Shown: positions 1 to 13,900 of the stretch, piece after piece | How the letters are laid out: every line of letters begins with the position of its first letter | How positions within the stretch are numbered: the first letter of the stretch is position 1 | Source: Tubiluchus corallicola | Lineage: Eukaryota; Animalia; Priapulida | Direction: 5' to 3' | Assembly: GCA_030141605.1 (NCBI GenBank) | Contig: JAQGDQ010000946.1 | Location: 1-64,000, forward strand | Length of the DNA: 64,000 nt | Made by a program: the position numbers and the translations under genes | The notes under the pieces: generated by a model | What the model was told of the DNA's origin: nothing | What the model saw: the letters and a program-made list of their open reading frames with translations, nothing else | Database searches by the model: none

Positions 1-440
1 GGGTGACACGCTTAGATGTATCAATATATTATTTGTGCAATGACTCATTAGTCGAAGAATCGCTGACCACAATCGCAAAGCATTGAATGCGGCCACATCT
101 CTCGACCCACAAAACGCCTATGGTCTATTTTTAGTAACAGTATCCTTGCGTGGACGCTGTGGATCTAAGATAAATAATTCTCAATGGCTCATGCGCAACA
201 CTCGCTGCAGAGGCGAGGCGTAGCTAAGGAAATAATCAATAATATTTGCATCATCAGCAGACTTTGTCATACGGTGTCATTTCCAAGAATTCTTGTTATC
301 CGCTGTGATGTTCATAGTTTACTTTACATTGTCAATAAACGATTTTTATCATGGCCGCAACGTTTGTCACTTAGAATTATTGGTCAGAGCCGATTTTGAA
401 TCGAAAATTAGGGGCGCGCATTATACTCGAATGAATACGG
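1..440. mobile_element. Right end of a Tc1/mariner-pogo-like MITE
   Basis: Ends in GCGCATTATACTCGAATGAATACGG followed by TA, a typical mariner/pogo MITE terminus. The other end is not visible. Confidence 0.4.
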
Positions 441-962
441 TACATTTTGAAAAGAAAAGATGACTTTTGCTATTTTTATGCAACATGTTTTGCCTTTCCG
501 GTTGCTTTTGCGGTACTGTTTTTAATTTGCACTGTTTGAAATCTAATTTATTTCTGTTATGTTGTGAATTAAGTCTGTCATAGCTTCGAAAAGTGGTATA
601 CAAGACCATACGTGTTTCATTGCATTCAAACAATAAGGTTTTACATTTTCAGTAACGATTCTTGGTCACAAATAGTGATTTTTTTTTTTATGAGATACTA
701 AATGCTATAGACAGAAAAAGTACAAGTGTTCCAATTCCGCTAAATAGTATAGAGTTTAGACACCCGCATATTTTTGTACCTTTCAGTTTTCCAAGTAGAA
801 ACTAAAGCTGTCTATGGGAAACTAGTCTTTAACTAATATGCTCACTTGTTGCACATTTCATTTGCAATTCTTAATTTAAAGTACTACAATAAGAATTTAA
901 TGTGTGCTGCCACCTACATTTAAAATTATTTATTATCGAAGTGAGTCAAGTTTAATCCAGGT

Positions 963-1209
963 TGTGGCCTTGGTCAGTGCTGCTCGGTCACCTGTACCTG
1001 TTGCGCTTACCATATATGGTAGCGTTGATTGTTAGTGTGTTTTACTAGCCAATCAGGTAAGCTCAGTGGGTGCATGTGACTTGGGTAGCTCTGCCAAGGC
1101 CAGACCTTCCCTTTTTCCCCTTCTTGAGCATTACTGTTGAATGTTCACCATGTGTTTTCTCTCCTGTAAATAATGTTGTAATATGTAAATAGAAATAAAG
1201 TCTTCCACA
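963..1209 (+). mobile_element. Possible solo LTR
   Basis: TGTGG...CCACA termini, internal CCAAT and an AATAAA just before the 3' end. No convincing TSD. Confidence 0.3.
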
Positions 1210-1337
1210 GTTCAACACAATTTCATAGTTTCGTTTCGACCACCAGAGTGGCCAGTCTACACTAACTTCAGTCTAATACACTTCAAGCTCTCTACAAATT
1301 CAGTCCTTTTATGCATAACGCTACAAAGTTTCTAAAA

Positions 1338-1809
1338 CAGGGGTGTGCAAATTATCTGACTAGCCGGGCCACTTTAAACTTTCCCGCAATTCCTGCAGGC
1401 CACAGGCAATTTGATCAAGGAGCCAAGTACAGAAGGGCCTAATAACGATTTTTTGCATCCGATATGCGTATATCATTATTACTACACTCAAGAAACTATT
1501 TTAGAAGTTATTAAAATTTATATTACAAACCATATTTCTACTTTCAGGACAATAGTGGTATTTCATTACAATGCATATTAGTAATGTGTATCACACAGTC
1601 TTGTAGTACAGTGACATTAAGCTACAACCGTCTTGTAAGGGTTAAAGGCATCCGATCTAGTAGAAAAAACTACCCGCACTGTCTTTGGAATCGTGGCACG
1701 GACTTCAGCTGGATACACTCAATTAATCGCCCGGGCCGCACTTTCATTAGGTTGACAATTCTCTTGGCGGGCCGTAAGTGGCCCGCGGGCCGCAATTTGC
1801 ACACCCCTG
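1338..1809. mobile_element. hAT (Charlie-like) MITE
   Basis: TIRs CAGGGGTGTGCAAATT / AATTTGCACACCCCTG; 8-bp TSD TTCTAAAA / TTCTACAA; GGCCCGCGGGCC subterminal motifs. Confidence 0.85.
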
Positions 1810-1970
1810 TTCTACAAGGTCCCTGGTTCAGTCCCGGGTTTGCACTATGTTATGCTTGAATTCAACTATCCGAATCTTGAATAATATTTCAGGTTGTGAA
1901 TAATGTTGAAGAATAGCAATAATTGTTTTCAACATAAAAATGTCAGCATAAAAATTGTGTCACTTCTTAG

Positions 1971-4900
1971 GTGACTCAACTACGTGGCGAGAAACAAGAA
2001 GCGACAATCGTCGCCGCCTCACCTGACAAACGCCACATTGCAGTCGGTTACAGCGATGGATCCATTGCAGTGTTTAATGCCTTGACTGGTGAGAAGAGTC
2101 TGGCATTCAGTGGACATAAATCTGCTGTGTCAGCTCTCGTTTACGATCACAATGGAATGAGACTCGTTTCAGGATCAAAGGTACCTGAAGAAGGCATTGT
2201 GTGTTTTGTAGTAAGGCTTAAAAATGTGCCTAGTTTCATGTTGGTGCTGTGATGTATCTTTCTCTCTGTAATTATTTATTAATTCGGCATTGTAGTTAGT
2301 TAAAGTACAAGAGCACAAGAAAACCCTCCAATTACATGAAGCATAAAAAATTCGTCTTGAAATTTTAAATCATTTATGTGCTGCCTTTTTGCATACAGGG
2401 CTTGCATCGGCAGTAACGCTGTATAAAACTTGTAAATTTAAACTCCCGCGATGACCGTTAGGCGCAGCCATTTTGACGATAGGTCATTTGAAACAAGTTT
2501 AGATAACACTGAGTAAAGTTTGAAAAAATAATCAGAGCATTCATAGGACACATTTCACTAACTAAGTAAAATTTTAAATTACTGTATCTTGTTAATAAGA
2601 TTAAAAACAGTTTTTTGGGTAGCGAGTGGTGCACCCTGGATGGTGAGTCAGCTACATTTTACCAATTGGTGAAAACATTTTAAATAAATGATAATTTTCT
2701 TTTCTGGTTACATAATCTTTCAAGCAGGAGCAGGTAAGTGAAATGCTAACTAATATAACTTTACATGGAAAGTTTTTTGAGACATGGTTTAACATTTCCT
2801 TTTCTTCCCCTGATTTACTATATGGCGTCATACAATGGCACTGTCAAGAGTTAATAAATGAATTGAATTGAATTAAATCTACTGATTAATTTCTTTCTGC
2901 TTGCTTGAAAACCACCTATATACCTTACTTACCTGGGCAGCAGTTTATCTTCGGTTAATGTTTAAGCCTAGGCAGCCAAAACAATAAACACTCCAGAGTC
3001 AAAACCAAGCACTGAGCAACCTTGAGAATTTCATCTAGATACTTAGTCTGGTTGCTATAGCAACAGGTTGCATCCATGAAGTTTGCTCACTGGTCTCACT
3101 TGATATAAACTTTTAGCACTTAGTAGTCAGTCAGGAAACAAAATGTATATAATAATTACACTGTTTACGTTAGTGTACCTACTGTTTTAATGCATCAACT
3201 TAGATAAAAATGTTGTTGATAAAATAAAAAATTGCCTTGAGCTAAGTAAATAAATCGTCATTAAATTGAAACATACGCCGTTAAGTAGAAAATGGTGTGA
3301 AAAGTTCAGCGTCGTTGAAACGAAACGTCGCTAAATTGGGAGTCGTAAAGTGCAGACTTTCTGTATCACAGTAGCTGAAGTACAAAGATTATTATTGTTT
3401 GAAAGCAAGTTGATGTTTGTATAATACTTTTCAGGACACAGAAGTAATGTTGTGGGATACCGTCAACGAATCTGGTTTATTTCGACTGCGCGGCCACAAG
3501 GGACAGATTACTGGATGCTGTTTCTTTACACAGCACAACGTTCTTATAACTAGGTAACATTTACAACTTATATTATGTAAGTGAGTGAGATAAAGTAGAA
3601 AAAATTATTTCCTCGTGATAATAACAGCTCAGGTATTTTCAGTGTATACATTTATATGCAATATACGATCGTATCTCGCTTTGCGGGACTTCGCTTTTTC
3701 CGATATCGGAAGAATCAGAGAAAATCTACACCGTTAAAAAGTCCCGCTTATTACGGACATGGTCCGTTGTTTCGAGACTGACAGCTAGTTGTTGGGACGT
3801 CACTTTGTTTACATTGTGACATCAGTGTAACCACGTGTATATCTATGTGTAAAAATATAGAGTCAATTATGCAGAGTTATTTGTCCCCTCAATTGCTAAC
3901 AGTTTTCATATACTTTTGCATAGGAGCGGGCCGTACTTAATGTTTTTGAGACAGTTAGGTGATTGATTCTACATTACCACGCGTTTAATACGCTGCGCTT
4001 ACTATATTAGCTTAGTATTGGCAAATTCGGACCGACGTCTCCCCGCTTTTGTCCGGCAAACCCTGATATGTGTGTATATATACAGTTCTAGAATTAAGTA
4101 CTTGAGGAGCTTCAAGTTATTTGGCTGTGTGACTGTGGAAAAGTACGTGATTGGATGATTCTTAGAACCATTGCAGCTGATCTAAGTAAAATATAATCGA
4201 AGAGGCACCTGTTACTTACTCTAAGTTTTTTTGTAAACAATTTTCAACAGAATCATCTTATGAAGCAGCTAGGCCATTGTTTGCCTGTCGAAAGGTTTTT
4301 TTATTGTTGCTTGACTGTTTCAGCTCCAAAGATGGTCTTATCAAATTTTGGGATCTTACAACCCAGCACTGTTTTAAAACACTTACGGGTCACAGGAACG
4401 AGGTAATTTGTGATTTTTTGTCGATAGTTATATTATCCTTATTGATTTTTTAGCTGTTGTATATCTTGCAACACATTTGTTGCAAAATGCTTTTCGTCTG
4501 GGCGGTCGTGAGTTCAATGCAGAACAATCAACTAAACATACATTTCATCAACGATCTACAAGTGATTTTGCATGGGAACGTACCATACAGTACAGTATTT
4601 TGGAATGCACCTGGCTTCAGATGCTGGTTGGCTGCTTAGCGTTACTTGTTGCAAAGCAACCCCAATCCTATGGCTGTTAAACTTTTCCACAATGTTTCGC
4701 ATGGCCATAACAGTGAAATAAACAGGCCTGGGTGACTGCGTTTAGTGCTGAGCTTGGGTGGCAGACTACCGCCTTCCGTCCCTTGCATGAAAAAACATAG
4801 ACGGCCTTGTGCTGTCTTCCACAGTGAAAGGGTTAAAGTCTGTACCCTTGATTTATTTGTTTCTGTATATTAACATACAACGTATTAGATGTTCATTTTG

Positions 4901-7900
4901 ATTTTTTTTACCGCTGGTTAGGTTTGGAATCTGGTGTTGGTAAAAGATGAAACTGGTTTAATTACCGGCGCCGGGGACAACGAACTGAGAGTTTGGAATT
5001 TACATTTTGCTACAGCGGAATCACAAGAGAGTGAAGAAGTCGAACCAGAACAGAAGAAGTCTAGAATCACAAGCGACAAAGGCGAGAGCGGCGACGACGA
5101 CGATGGTGATGAAGAGGATGATGTACGTTTTTCAGTTTGTGTTAATTCTTAATCTCTACTAAGTCCTTCATTGGTGAGTGTACGTTAAAGTTTATTTTAA
5201 AGTCTATTTTTTCGAGTATTTGCCGTAAATGTATCTAAGGTGGCGCCATAGGCTAGCCACTATAGTTTTTGAGTGTTTGCTTTTATGATTAATTGTTTCA
5301 GTACTATCTGATGATGGACAGAATTACCAAAAAATTCTGTGCTGATAATTATTTGCAGCATGTTTTAGTCACCTTGAAGAGGAATTACACTCATACAGTA
5401 GGTGCCTCCTTAATAGAATCGACTTATTCGCTTAATTGATTCAAAAATGCCTGGTACTGGCTGCTTCTACACATACATAAAAATTGTCAGTAATTGACTA
5501 AAATAACTCCACATAATTGACTCAATACATTTTATCTGCCCAGAGAGCCTTTCCTACTTTTATGTCATATATAAAAACTGTTGGTAATTGACTCAAATAA
5601 CTCCACATAATTGACTCAATACATTTTATCTGCCCAGAGAGCCTTTCCTACTTTTATGTCATATATAAAAACTGTCAGTAATTGACTCAAATAACTCCAC
5701 ATAATTGACTCAATACATTGTATGTGCCCAGAGAGCATTTACTACTTTTATTCATCTTTACTTCGCTTTTGTGCTCTATAATGTGTGTACAGTGGAAACA
5801 TTCATGTTAGGCGCCATTTTGTTTGTACGCAGGTACGTTTATCATGCGCTAATAGGCTTGCGTAGCGGTTTTGCTTTGAATCTGTTACCTTCTCATTCAC
5901 TACGTTACCCAAGAATTTCTGGAAGCTAAACACTTAATCACTTGCGGTTTCCTTTTGATGCTCTCGTTGCAAATCACACTTTCAGGCTTAATCTGTTAAC
6001 AGTCAAAGACACAGGTACAGTATCTTGTGCAAATAAACGGACTAGTGTGATTCAGAAAAGTATACTTTTTAATTTATAGCTAATTCACTTATATAAATTA
6101 ATATTTTAAAATATTTAAAAAAAAAATTTAACTGCACAGAGGAATTTAGGCATTACTTCGTTTCTAAAATTCATTAAAACCTTTGCAGCTCATACTAAGC
6201 TGATGCCTCATACTTCTACACCAGTAATACTACACCCATCGGTTAATAGGTTCAGTTGGTTAATTGGGTCAAAACACGTCAGTCCCAAAGTGATTCTATT
6301 AAGCAGCGCCTGCTGTATCTCGGTTTACCAGACCTCACTTTTACGCATATCGGAAAAATCGTACAAAATCTGGACCGTTAAGAAGTCACGCTACTACGGG
6401 CACCGTCTGTTGTTTCGCGAGCTGACCGCTAATTGGCGTGCTGTCACTTTGTTTACATCATTACGTCAGTGTAACCAAGCAGCGTGTAATGACTGTACTT
6501 AACGTGATTGTTTATACGTATATTACAGTGCACCAAAGCGAACTAAGACATCATAATAACAGTGAAAGCTCATTGGTCACTCAAAAGTATCTTATTTAAG
6601 CATGTGCAGAAAAAATATAGAGTCAATTATGCGGAGTTATTTGAGTCACTTGCCGACAGTTTTTACATACTTTTGCATAGCAGCGACCCATACTAGACGA
6701 TTTTGAGCCAATTAGGTGATTGATTCTACATTACCGTGAGTCTAATACACGGCGCCTACTCTATCTATCTTAGTATTGGTAAATATGGACAATCGGCAAA
6801 TTTGGGCCGACATCTCCCTGCTTTTGTCCGGCAAACCGAGAGATGAGTGTACTGTTATCATTTGATGTTCTACAGCGTGTGGAATATCAAGTTAATTAGT
6901 TTCGTAACAATCAGACGCATTTGTAAACAATTTTGTTAACTAATTCAGTGTGAAGTTAAAATAATGCTATTACGTTTCTTACAGAGTCGATTAAAATGTA
7001 AATTTGCTGGAGTAATAGTACGGCGTGGAAAAGACAGAGCGCTGACACTGGCTGTTGATTCGAGTGGTACAGTTCTAGGTTGTCATGTATGTATTAACAT
7101 TTGACCACGTTTAGAAAAATTACAAAGTTGGCTGGTGTTTGCTTTTTGCATGGATATTTCAGAGGATAGGCGTTTCATTGAAGAAATATAGGTGACACGC
7201 CTTTCTAAAGCGGGCCACTAAAAAAAGTTTCTGTCAAACCTCTAAAGATGTCAGTAGGGAGGAAGGAAAATTTTTTTCCAAAATTTTTTTTAAGGCTTTG
7301 TGAATGCTTTAAAACTGAATCGTAGAATACTTACAATCAGTTGAAATCAAAGTTTGTTTATTTCTCACGGGTCAGCTGTGTTGTTTTAATTTTTTTCAGT
7401 GCTTATTTTTTCACGCTTTGTTTTTCAGTTTTTTGTTTCGCATTTCTAAATCATCGTATAATTATTGATTATGGTGTAGTTTCTTTTTTGTATGGTGTGA
7501 ATGTAGTTCTAATAATTATGGTTAGGCGCCGACACTATTTGGCTGTTAATACTATGATTTGGTTGAAAATACTACACTGTTTAAGTAATCGGCATCATAC
7601 GATACAATATGATATGATAAGTTTATGATATGATATGATATAATTGAACCAGACAGATTTAGTCTAGTGGTAATGTGTCTGCTTTCCATCTGGGAGGTCG
7701 TGAGTTCGAACCAGCGGCCGGGTCATATCAAAGACTTTAAAAATGATACCTGCTGTTGCCCTGCCTGACGCGTGATATTTAGGGTAAAAGTGGGGTAATG
7801 ATAGTCTCTGTTATGTAGTTGTAGGTTGTTATTTACAGTCGGCGATAATAGCTCTGTGAGCTAATGTTATTTGTTGACCCAAAAGCCGACTTTAAATAAA

Positions 7901-7901
7901 G

Positions 7902-7952
<51 letters not shown>

Positions 7953-10900
7953 GCCATCATAATTTTGTATAAATTTTGTCGCCGTAGAAAAACATGGCTG
8001 CGATCTCCCCGAAACAGCAGTGTTATAGCAATTATTGCATTTACGTTGTAAGTTGAAAAATTACGCTTTTATATGACTGAGTCAGATAAGTGTATGAACA
8101 TGCGAAAAAATTATGACATTCCTGGCTGTGTGTGCGATAAAAAAATATTAGACGGAAACGGAAATATTTTTATTTGCTGCCCTAGTCTAGCTGATACATT
8201 AATAACTATTAAGGTTACTAACGTATGTAAGTGTAGAATGTGTTTAGCCATAATACTGAGAGTGATGAATGAAAACAAAAAACTTAAGTAGGCGAGACAA
8301 TTTTTTTAATGATTTTGTGAGCAAGAGTCTCTTTGTCACATCATTATTCTGTGTAACCAGTGTGGACCAGTGCAGCATGCTCACTGACTCCGGCAGCTCC
8401 TGCAGCCAACCTGGTGCCAAACGTATCGCTCCGCTTTCCTATGGACTACACCAGGGAGGAAGAGAGGGGGTTCCTGTTGTCTGGGCAACTCAGGATCTCC
8501 ATACACCTTGCCCAGGCAGTGCGCACTGGAGACGTTCAAGGATCGCACTGCTCAGCCACAGTCGGCGCTGCAGCTCCATCAATGTGATCAATAACTGACT
8601 CTCTTGGCGCATGCTCCATTGTCTTCCGAGACAGAAGGATGCCAACCAACCAACAACAACCATTCTGCATAACCTAGGTGTTGGCTAAGCGTTCTGGTTT
8701 TCGCGATTTTAAAGTTACGGCTACCAGAAAAGTAAAATGCGATTTTTTTCCTTGCAGGGCAATGATCACCTTCTAGAACTTTTCAAAATATGCAGCCAAG
8801 ATGAGGTTAGAAAACGCGTAAGGCATCGTCAGAAGAAAGCCCGAAAGAAGCTGATGTAAGTTGTTTGAAATTTAACTTGTATGACAAGAATTGTGTTTTA
8901 AAATCGAAATATCTCAGATACTGTACATTTAGTTTATAAGAGTAAGTAAATATTTTGTAGTATTTTTGCTGCATTAAAGGAAAACCGGACGATTGTTTAG
9001 ACTCAATCTCATTTTAATATACTGTCCAAAATATACATTTTCTTGCCTATTAAAGTTAACAATTGTTCTTTATATTTGAATAATTAGCTTAGAAAGTTAA
9101 TTAATGGCAACCGAATACAGCTATTGCTTTCGTCAGAAACTAAGCACAGTTTGTGCAATGACAGGCATCTTCCCTTGCGCATCAAGCACGTTTGCATAAG
9201 TGTTGCAGTACTGTTCAAATGCATGATGTCATGAAAATGGGCTCTATATCACATGACGTCAGAAACTTACACTGGAGCTCTTGATCATGCTTATCACTGT
9301 AGCGCCTTCTATTTGTCGGCAACACGAATGTGACAAAAAGCGCCGCTACCAATCTTAGTAGACTCACTGAGCCGCGCGTAGCTTTGAAAGTTTAACAAAA
9401 TCCGAGGTAATTATTATTTAATCTAAGCTTTGATTTAAAAAAAAACTATTGTAGTTTTCAATATTTTAGAGCATTCTTTATTCTCAACTCTTGTTTACAC
9501 AATCATCCGAGTTTCCTTTATAGTAGAACTAAATGTTTTTCTTTGATCAACGTATCCAAACATGTTTGACCCGTTACTTCATTCGCTATACATCATCTTA
9601 TCTCATTCTCTATAATTATTGTAATTATCATAATAAGAACAAACGTCTCTTGCAACAGCAACAAATTATACAATCCTTAGTTTTCCTTTTTTTTTGCTTT
9701 CATAAATGTAGGAACTTGGTATTGTGGCTCGAACGACGTAACGTGCTAAATAGTTTAGTTTCGTAAAAAGTGGGTCATTTAGTGATTGTAATCATTTGTT
9801 GTTCAAATTGCAAGGGCAAAATTTATAAAGAAGCATTTTCGCTTGTCACATGACAAACTGCTCTCACACAAGAGGACAAAAGCAAAACATTTTAACTTTT
9901 ATCAGTTTTCTATTATGTCTGTTGGCAGTATGACAAGAATTATGTTTTAAAATCGAAATATTTCAGTCCCTTTATATTTAGTTTGCAAGAATAAGTAAAC
10001 AGAATTTGGATTGTTTTGTAGTATTTTTGCTGTTTCAATGTAAAATGAAATGTTTTTGCTTGGGAAACACATCCAAATGTGTTTGACAAATTACTTTATT
10101 TCCTATGATTATCTCATTTACTCATTAAAAATAATTATATACATAATTTATAATATGTATATATAATATATATACATTATAGTATATATATTATAATTAT
10201 ATACATTATAATTTATATACATAATTTTAATTATATAACATAAACATTTACTCATTAAACATAATTAATATAATTAGCATAATGTCAAATAAGAACAAAC
10301 ATTTCACAATTGCAACAAGTTAAATAATTCTTATTTTTCTCTTTTCTTGCTTGCATAAATATAGAAACTTTGCGTTGTAGCCTCGTACAAGGTAATGCGC
10401 TTAATAGTTTAATATCGCCACGTGTCGGCTGTTAATGATCGTAATGGTTTGTTGTTTAAACTGTAAAGGTGAAATTCATTAAGTAACATTTTTAATTATT
10501 GGGTGTGAAAAGAACTGAAGCAAAGGCTTTTAGCTTTGGTACTTGGCTGTTATGTCTGTTGTCAATTAGTTTGTGTAGCTGTAGCACATTACATTGTTCC
10601 CTCGTTACTTTGCGGTTCGTTTATCGTGGACTCAGTGTTTTGCGGGTTTTCAAAAATATTAATGTAAAATATTTATCGCGGTATTATCGCTGTTTCGCGG
10701 GTTTTTGCGGTACTCCGTCTAAAGTGTTTTTTGCACATGCATAGTACGTATTGTACAGTAATGTATAGATTTGATGAATTTTGCACTAAATGTATAAAAA
10801 TATATTACAAATATTAATTCTAACATTAAAAGAATATTATAAATCATAAAAAATTACCATTTACAGTAGATAGTGTATTTATTCGGTGGATGAATACACG

Positions 10901-13900
10901 CCAAAAGCGAAATGTAGTACTTGCGCCCACTTGAGATGCTACTTGCCGATGTGAAATTGTACACAACACATGATCTAGGTTTAAGAGTTTGAAACATTTT
11001 TATGAACATTTAATTAAAGTTTTTTTAAAGGTACATGTACAGTATGGGAAAAGTTATTAAGGGAATGGGAAAGGGTTATGTATAAGAGTGTGGGGAGGGT
11101 TTATAAAGACTTAAAATAATGTATAACTACTAAAATAAGTATAGCGTCCCTACTTCACGGATATTGCGGGTGGGCCTGGAACAGAACACAGGGAAGTCAG
11201 GGAACACTGTATATTTATTAATAACTAATTTGCTCTGTTTGTTTTTATGTAGTCCAGCATGTTTAGTTGTGGTGCTGTTGCGGTTCTATACACATTTATG
11301 GTGAATTTTTTTTTTAAAAAAAGCAGAAAAGAACAACAGATGGATTCTATGGAGACTGACACCATTGAGCAGTCGATTACTGTGAGCGTTGAAGATGAGA
11401 TAACAAGGATAGCATCGTTAAGAATGTCTGCCAAAGTTCATGGCTTCGATGTTGTGCTAATGAAATCAGAAATTAAGGTTTGGTCGATTTCTAATTCCAA
11501 ATTATACTTTTTTGGCTACATAAGAAAGACAGGATGATTTGTAATATACTACTCCATTTTTAAGTACAATAAAAAGTACACATTTTAACCCAATTAACAC
11601 TGCAAAAGCGTTTCTGATAATTAAATAATAGATTAAGAACTTAGCAGTGGGCGAGCCCAACTATTGATGACATCACAAACTAACATACTTTTCAACAGCA
11701 AAAATATTCCATGAGCATATGGAGTGAGGTAATTTGTCATTTTTTGCCGATAGTTATATTATCCTTATTATTGTTTAGCTGCTGTTTAATTTGCAACATA
11801 TTTTCATGTTTCGTTTTTTCTCAATTAGTTTGATCTTAAACGTATAATGTTGAGTGTGCTGTGATGAACTCCAGAAATAACATTAAACAAGATGATTTTT
11901 CATATACTACCCCATCTTCAAGTCAGCTAAAAAGTACATTTTGACACAGTTAGTACTGCAAAAGCGTTTCTGATAATTAAATAATAGATTTAAAACTTTA
12001 ATTAACGGCGGGCGAGCCCAACTATTGATGACATCACCAACTTACATAATTTTCAACAGCAAAAATATTTCACGAGATGACATCACAAACTAACATAATT
12101 TTCAACAGAAAAAATATTCCACAAACGTGTTGCATATGTTTGCGGCAGCGAATTGAAGTACAGTGCTACTGCAAGATATCCAGTGTGTTGTACTAAAACT
12201 AGGCAAGTCCTGAGTTAAAAATTCAAATTTCAAATTTACCGCTGTGCTCACCAATGAACTGTCAAAGGTGTGTAGTTCGTCACAAACTAACACAGAAGCT
12301 GTTTTGCTTCTTTTTTATAAATTTAGCCGAGAGTGAGCTGACTAATAGACTGTTTAATCAACAGCAGCAGAAGTGCTAATTATTAATCTTCATTGATGAA
12401 ACAAGGTTTATTTCTCATCAGGTTGTGGTGCTGTTGAATAACAACACAATTGAACAGCATTCTGTACATTTGGAGAGTAAGACAGATGCAGGCTGCTTGA
12501 ATAAAGTAGCCCTATGTGGCCATCGGTCAGATGTTCGTGCAGTGAGCTTTAGTTCGGACAATGCGGCGATACTGTCTGCCAGTGGTGAAAGTTTGAAAGT
12601 ATGGAACAGGTTAGTGACGAAAAATGGGAGATTTTTTTGGTTTTATCAAATAATGTGCCATGTAATAATATTGTACTAATGTTCTTGTAATGTTGTGCTT
12701 AAGGGACAAAAAATGGTACCTAAAGTAGGTTTCAGAAAAATTGGCTTAAAAATATTACTTTATAGCAATTTTATGCATTTGTCGTAATACCGTTGAAGGG
12801 ATTTTTTCTTTGTTTTCATTTTAAATCTCCCGCCAAATTGATCCGACCGCGCCATTACATGACCTCATATACACACAACGTAAATCAAGGGAAGAAAATG
12901 AAATGTTAAACTATGTCCCAAAGAACTTTCCATGCAAAGTTATATTACTTAGCATTCTGCTTACCTGCTTGAAAGACTTATGTAACTAGAAAAGAAAATT
13001 ATTAATTATTTAAAATGTTTTCACCAATTGGTAAAATTTCGTTGTCTCATGTCCAGGGTGCACCACTCACTAACCAAAAAATGCATTTTAATCTTATTGA
13101 GAAGATACAGTGATTTAAAATTTTATTTAGTTAGTGACATGTGCGGTACGAATGTTCTGATTATTTTTTCAAACTTTGCAAAATGTTATCAAAACTTGCC
13201 TCAAATGACTTACCGTCAAAATGGTTGCATCTAACTGTCACCACGGGAGTTTAAATTTATAAGTGTTATACAGCGATGCAGACCTGTACGCAAAAAAAGC
13301 AGTATGTAAGTTGTATAAAATTTCAAGACGAATTTTTTAAGATGTATACAAGTGGAGGGTTTTCTTGTGCTTTAATGCTAGCAGTATATAGGATGTTCTT
13401 ATTTTGTAAATAGTAGTTTGGAAATTTTATTTTGCAGAGTTAGTCAAGAATGTATTCGAACCATGAACTGTGGATATGCGCTCTGCGCGTTGTTTACTCC
13501 TGGAGACAGACATGTATTAGTTGCTACAAAGGTGAAATTTCTCTAAGTGCTTGCTCAATAAATTGCATTTCTGCTCTAAGGTGTTATAAAAATAGACTTT
13601 TGAAGGTACTTTTACCTAATATGGACGTATTAAAACAAAGTAGTTGTTCTTGCTTCTCATTAGTAGCGTGAGTTTGTTGAAGTGACCATCATCTTTTGCT
13701 TGCTCGGTTAAATATCCTTATATTTAATAATATAATAATAAGCCTTTTCAGCATAGGCTACAAGGCATTGTCGAATGTACATAAAAGCGCATTGTCCTGG
13801 TACACGTAACTTTTGACCCCTTTATGATCGGCACTGTGAGAGACTACTACTTCATGATCCCCAAAGTCAAAAAATTCATGTTTGAGTAGCTTTATTATGT

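Noticed and set aside
2926-2941. U1 snRNA 5' end (TACTTACCTGG)
   Set aside because: Similarity is limited to about 11 nt; downstream sequence does not resemble U1.
7650-7725. Functional tRNA gene
   Set aside because: A and B boxes are present but the acceptor and anticodon stems are not convincing, and it continues into a SINE body and (ATT)n tail.
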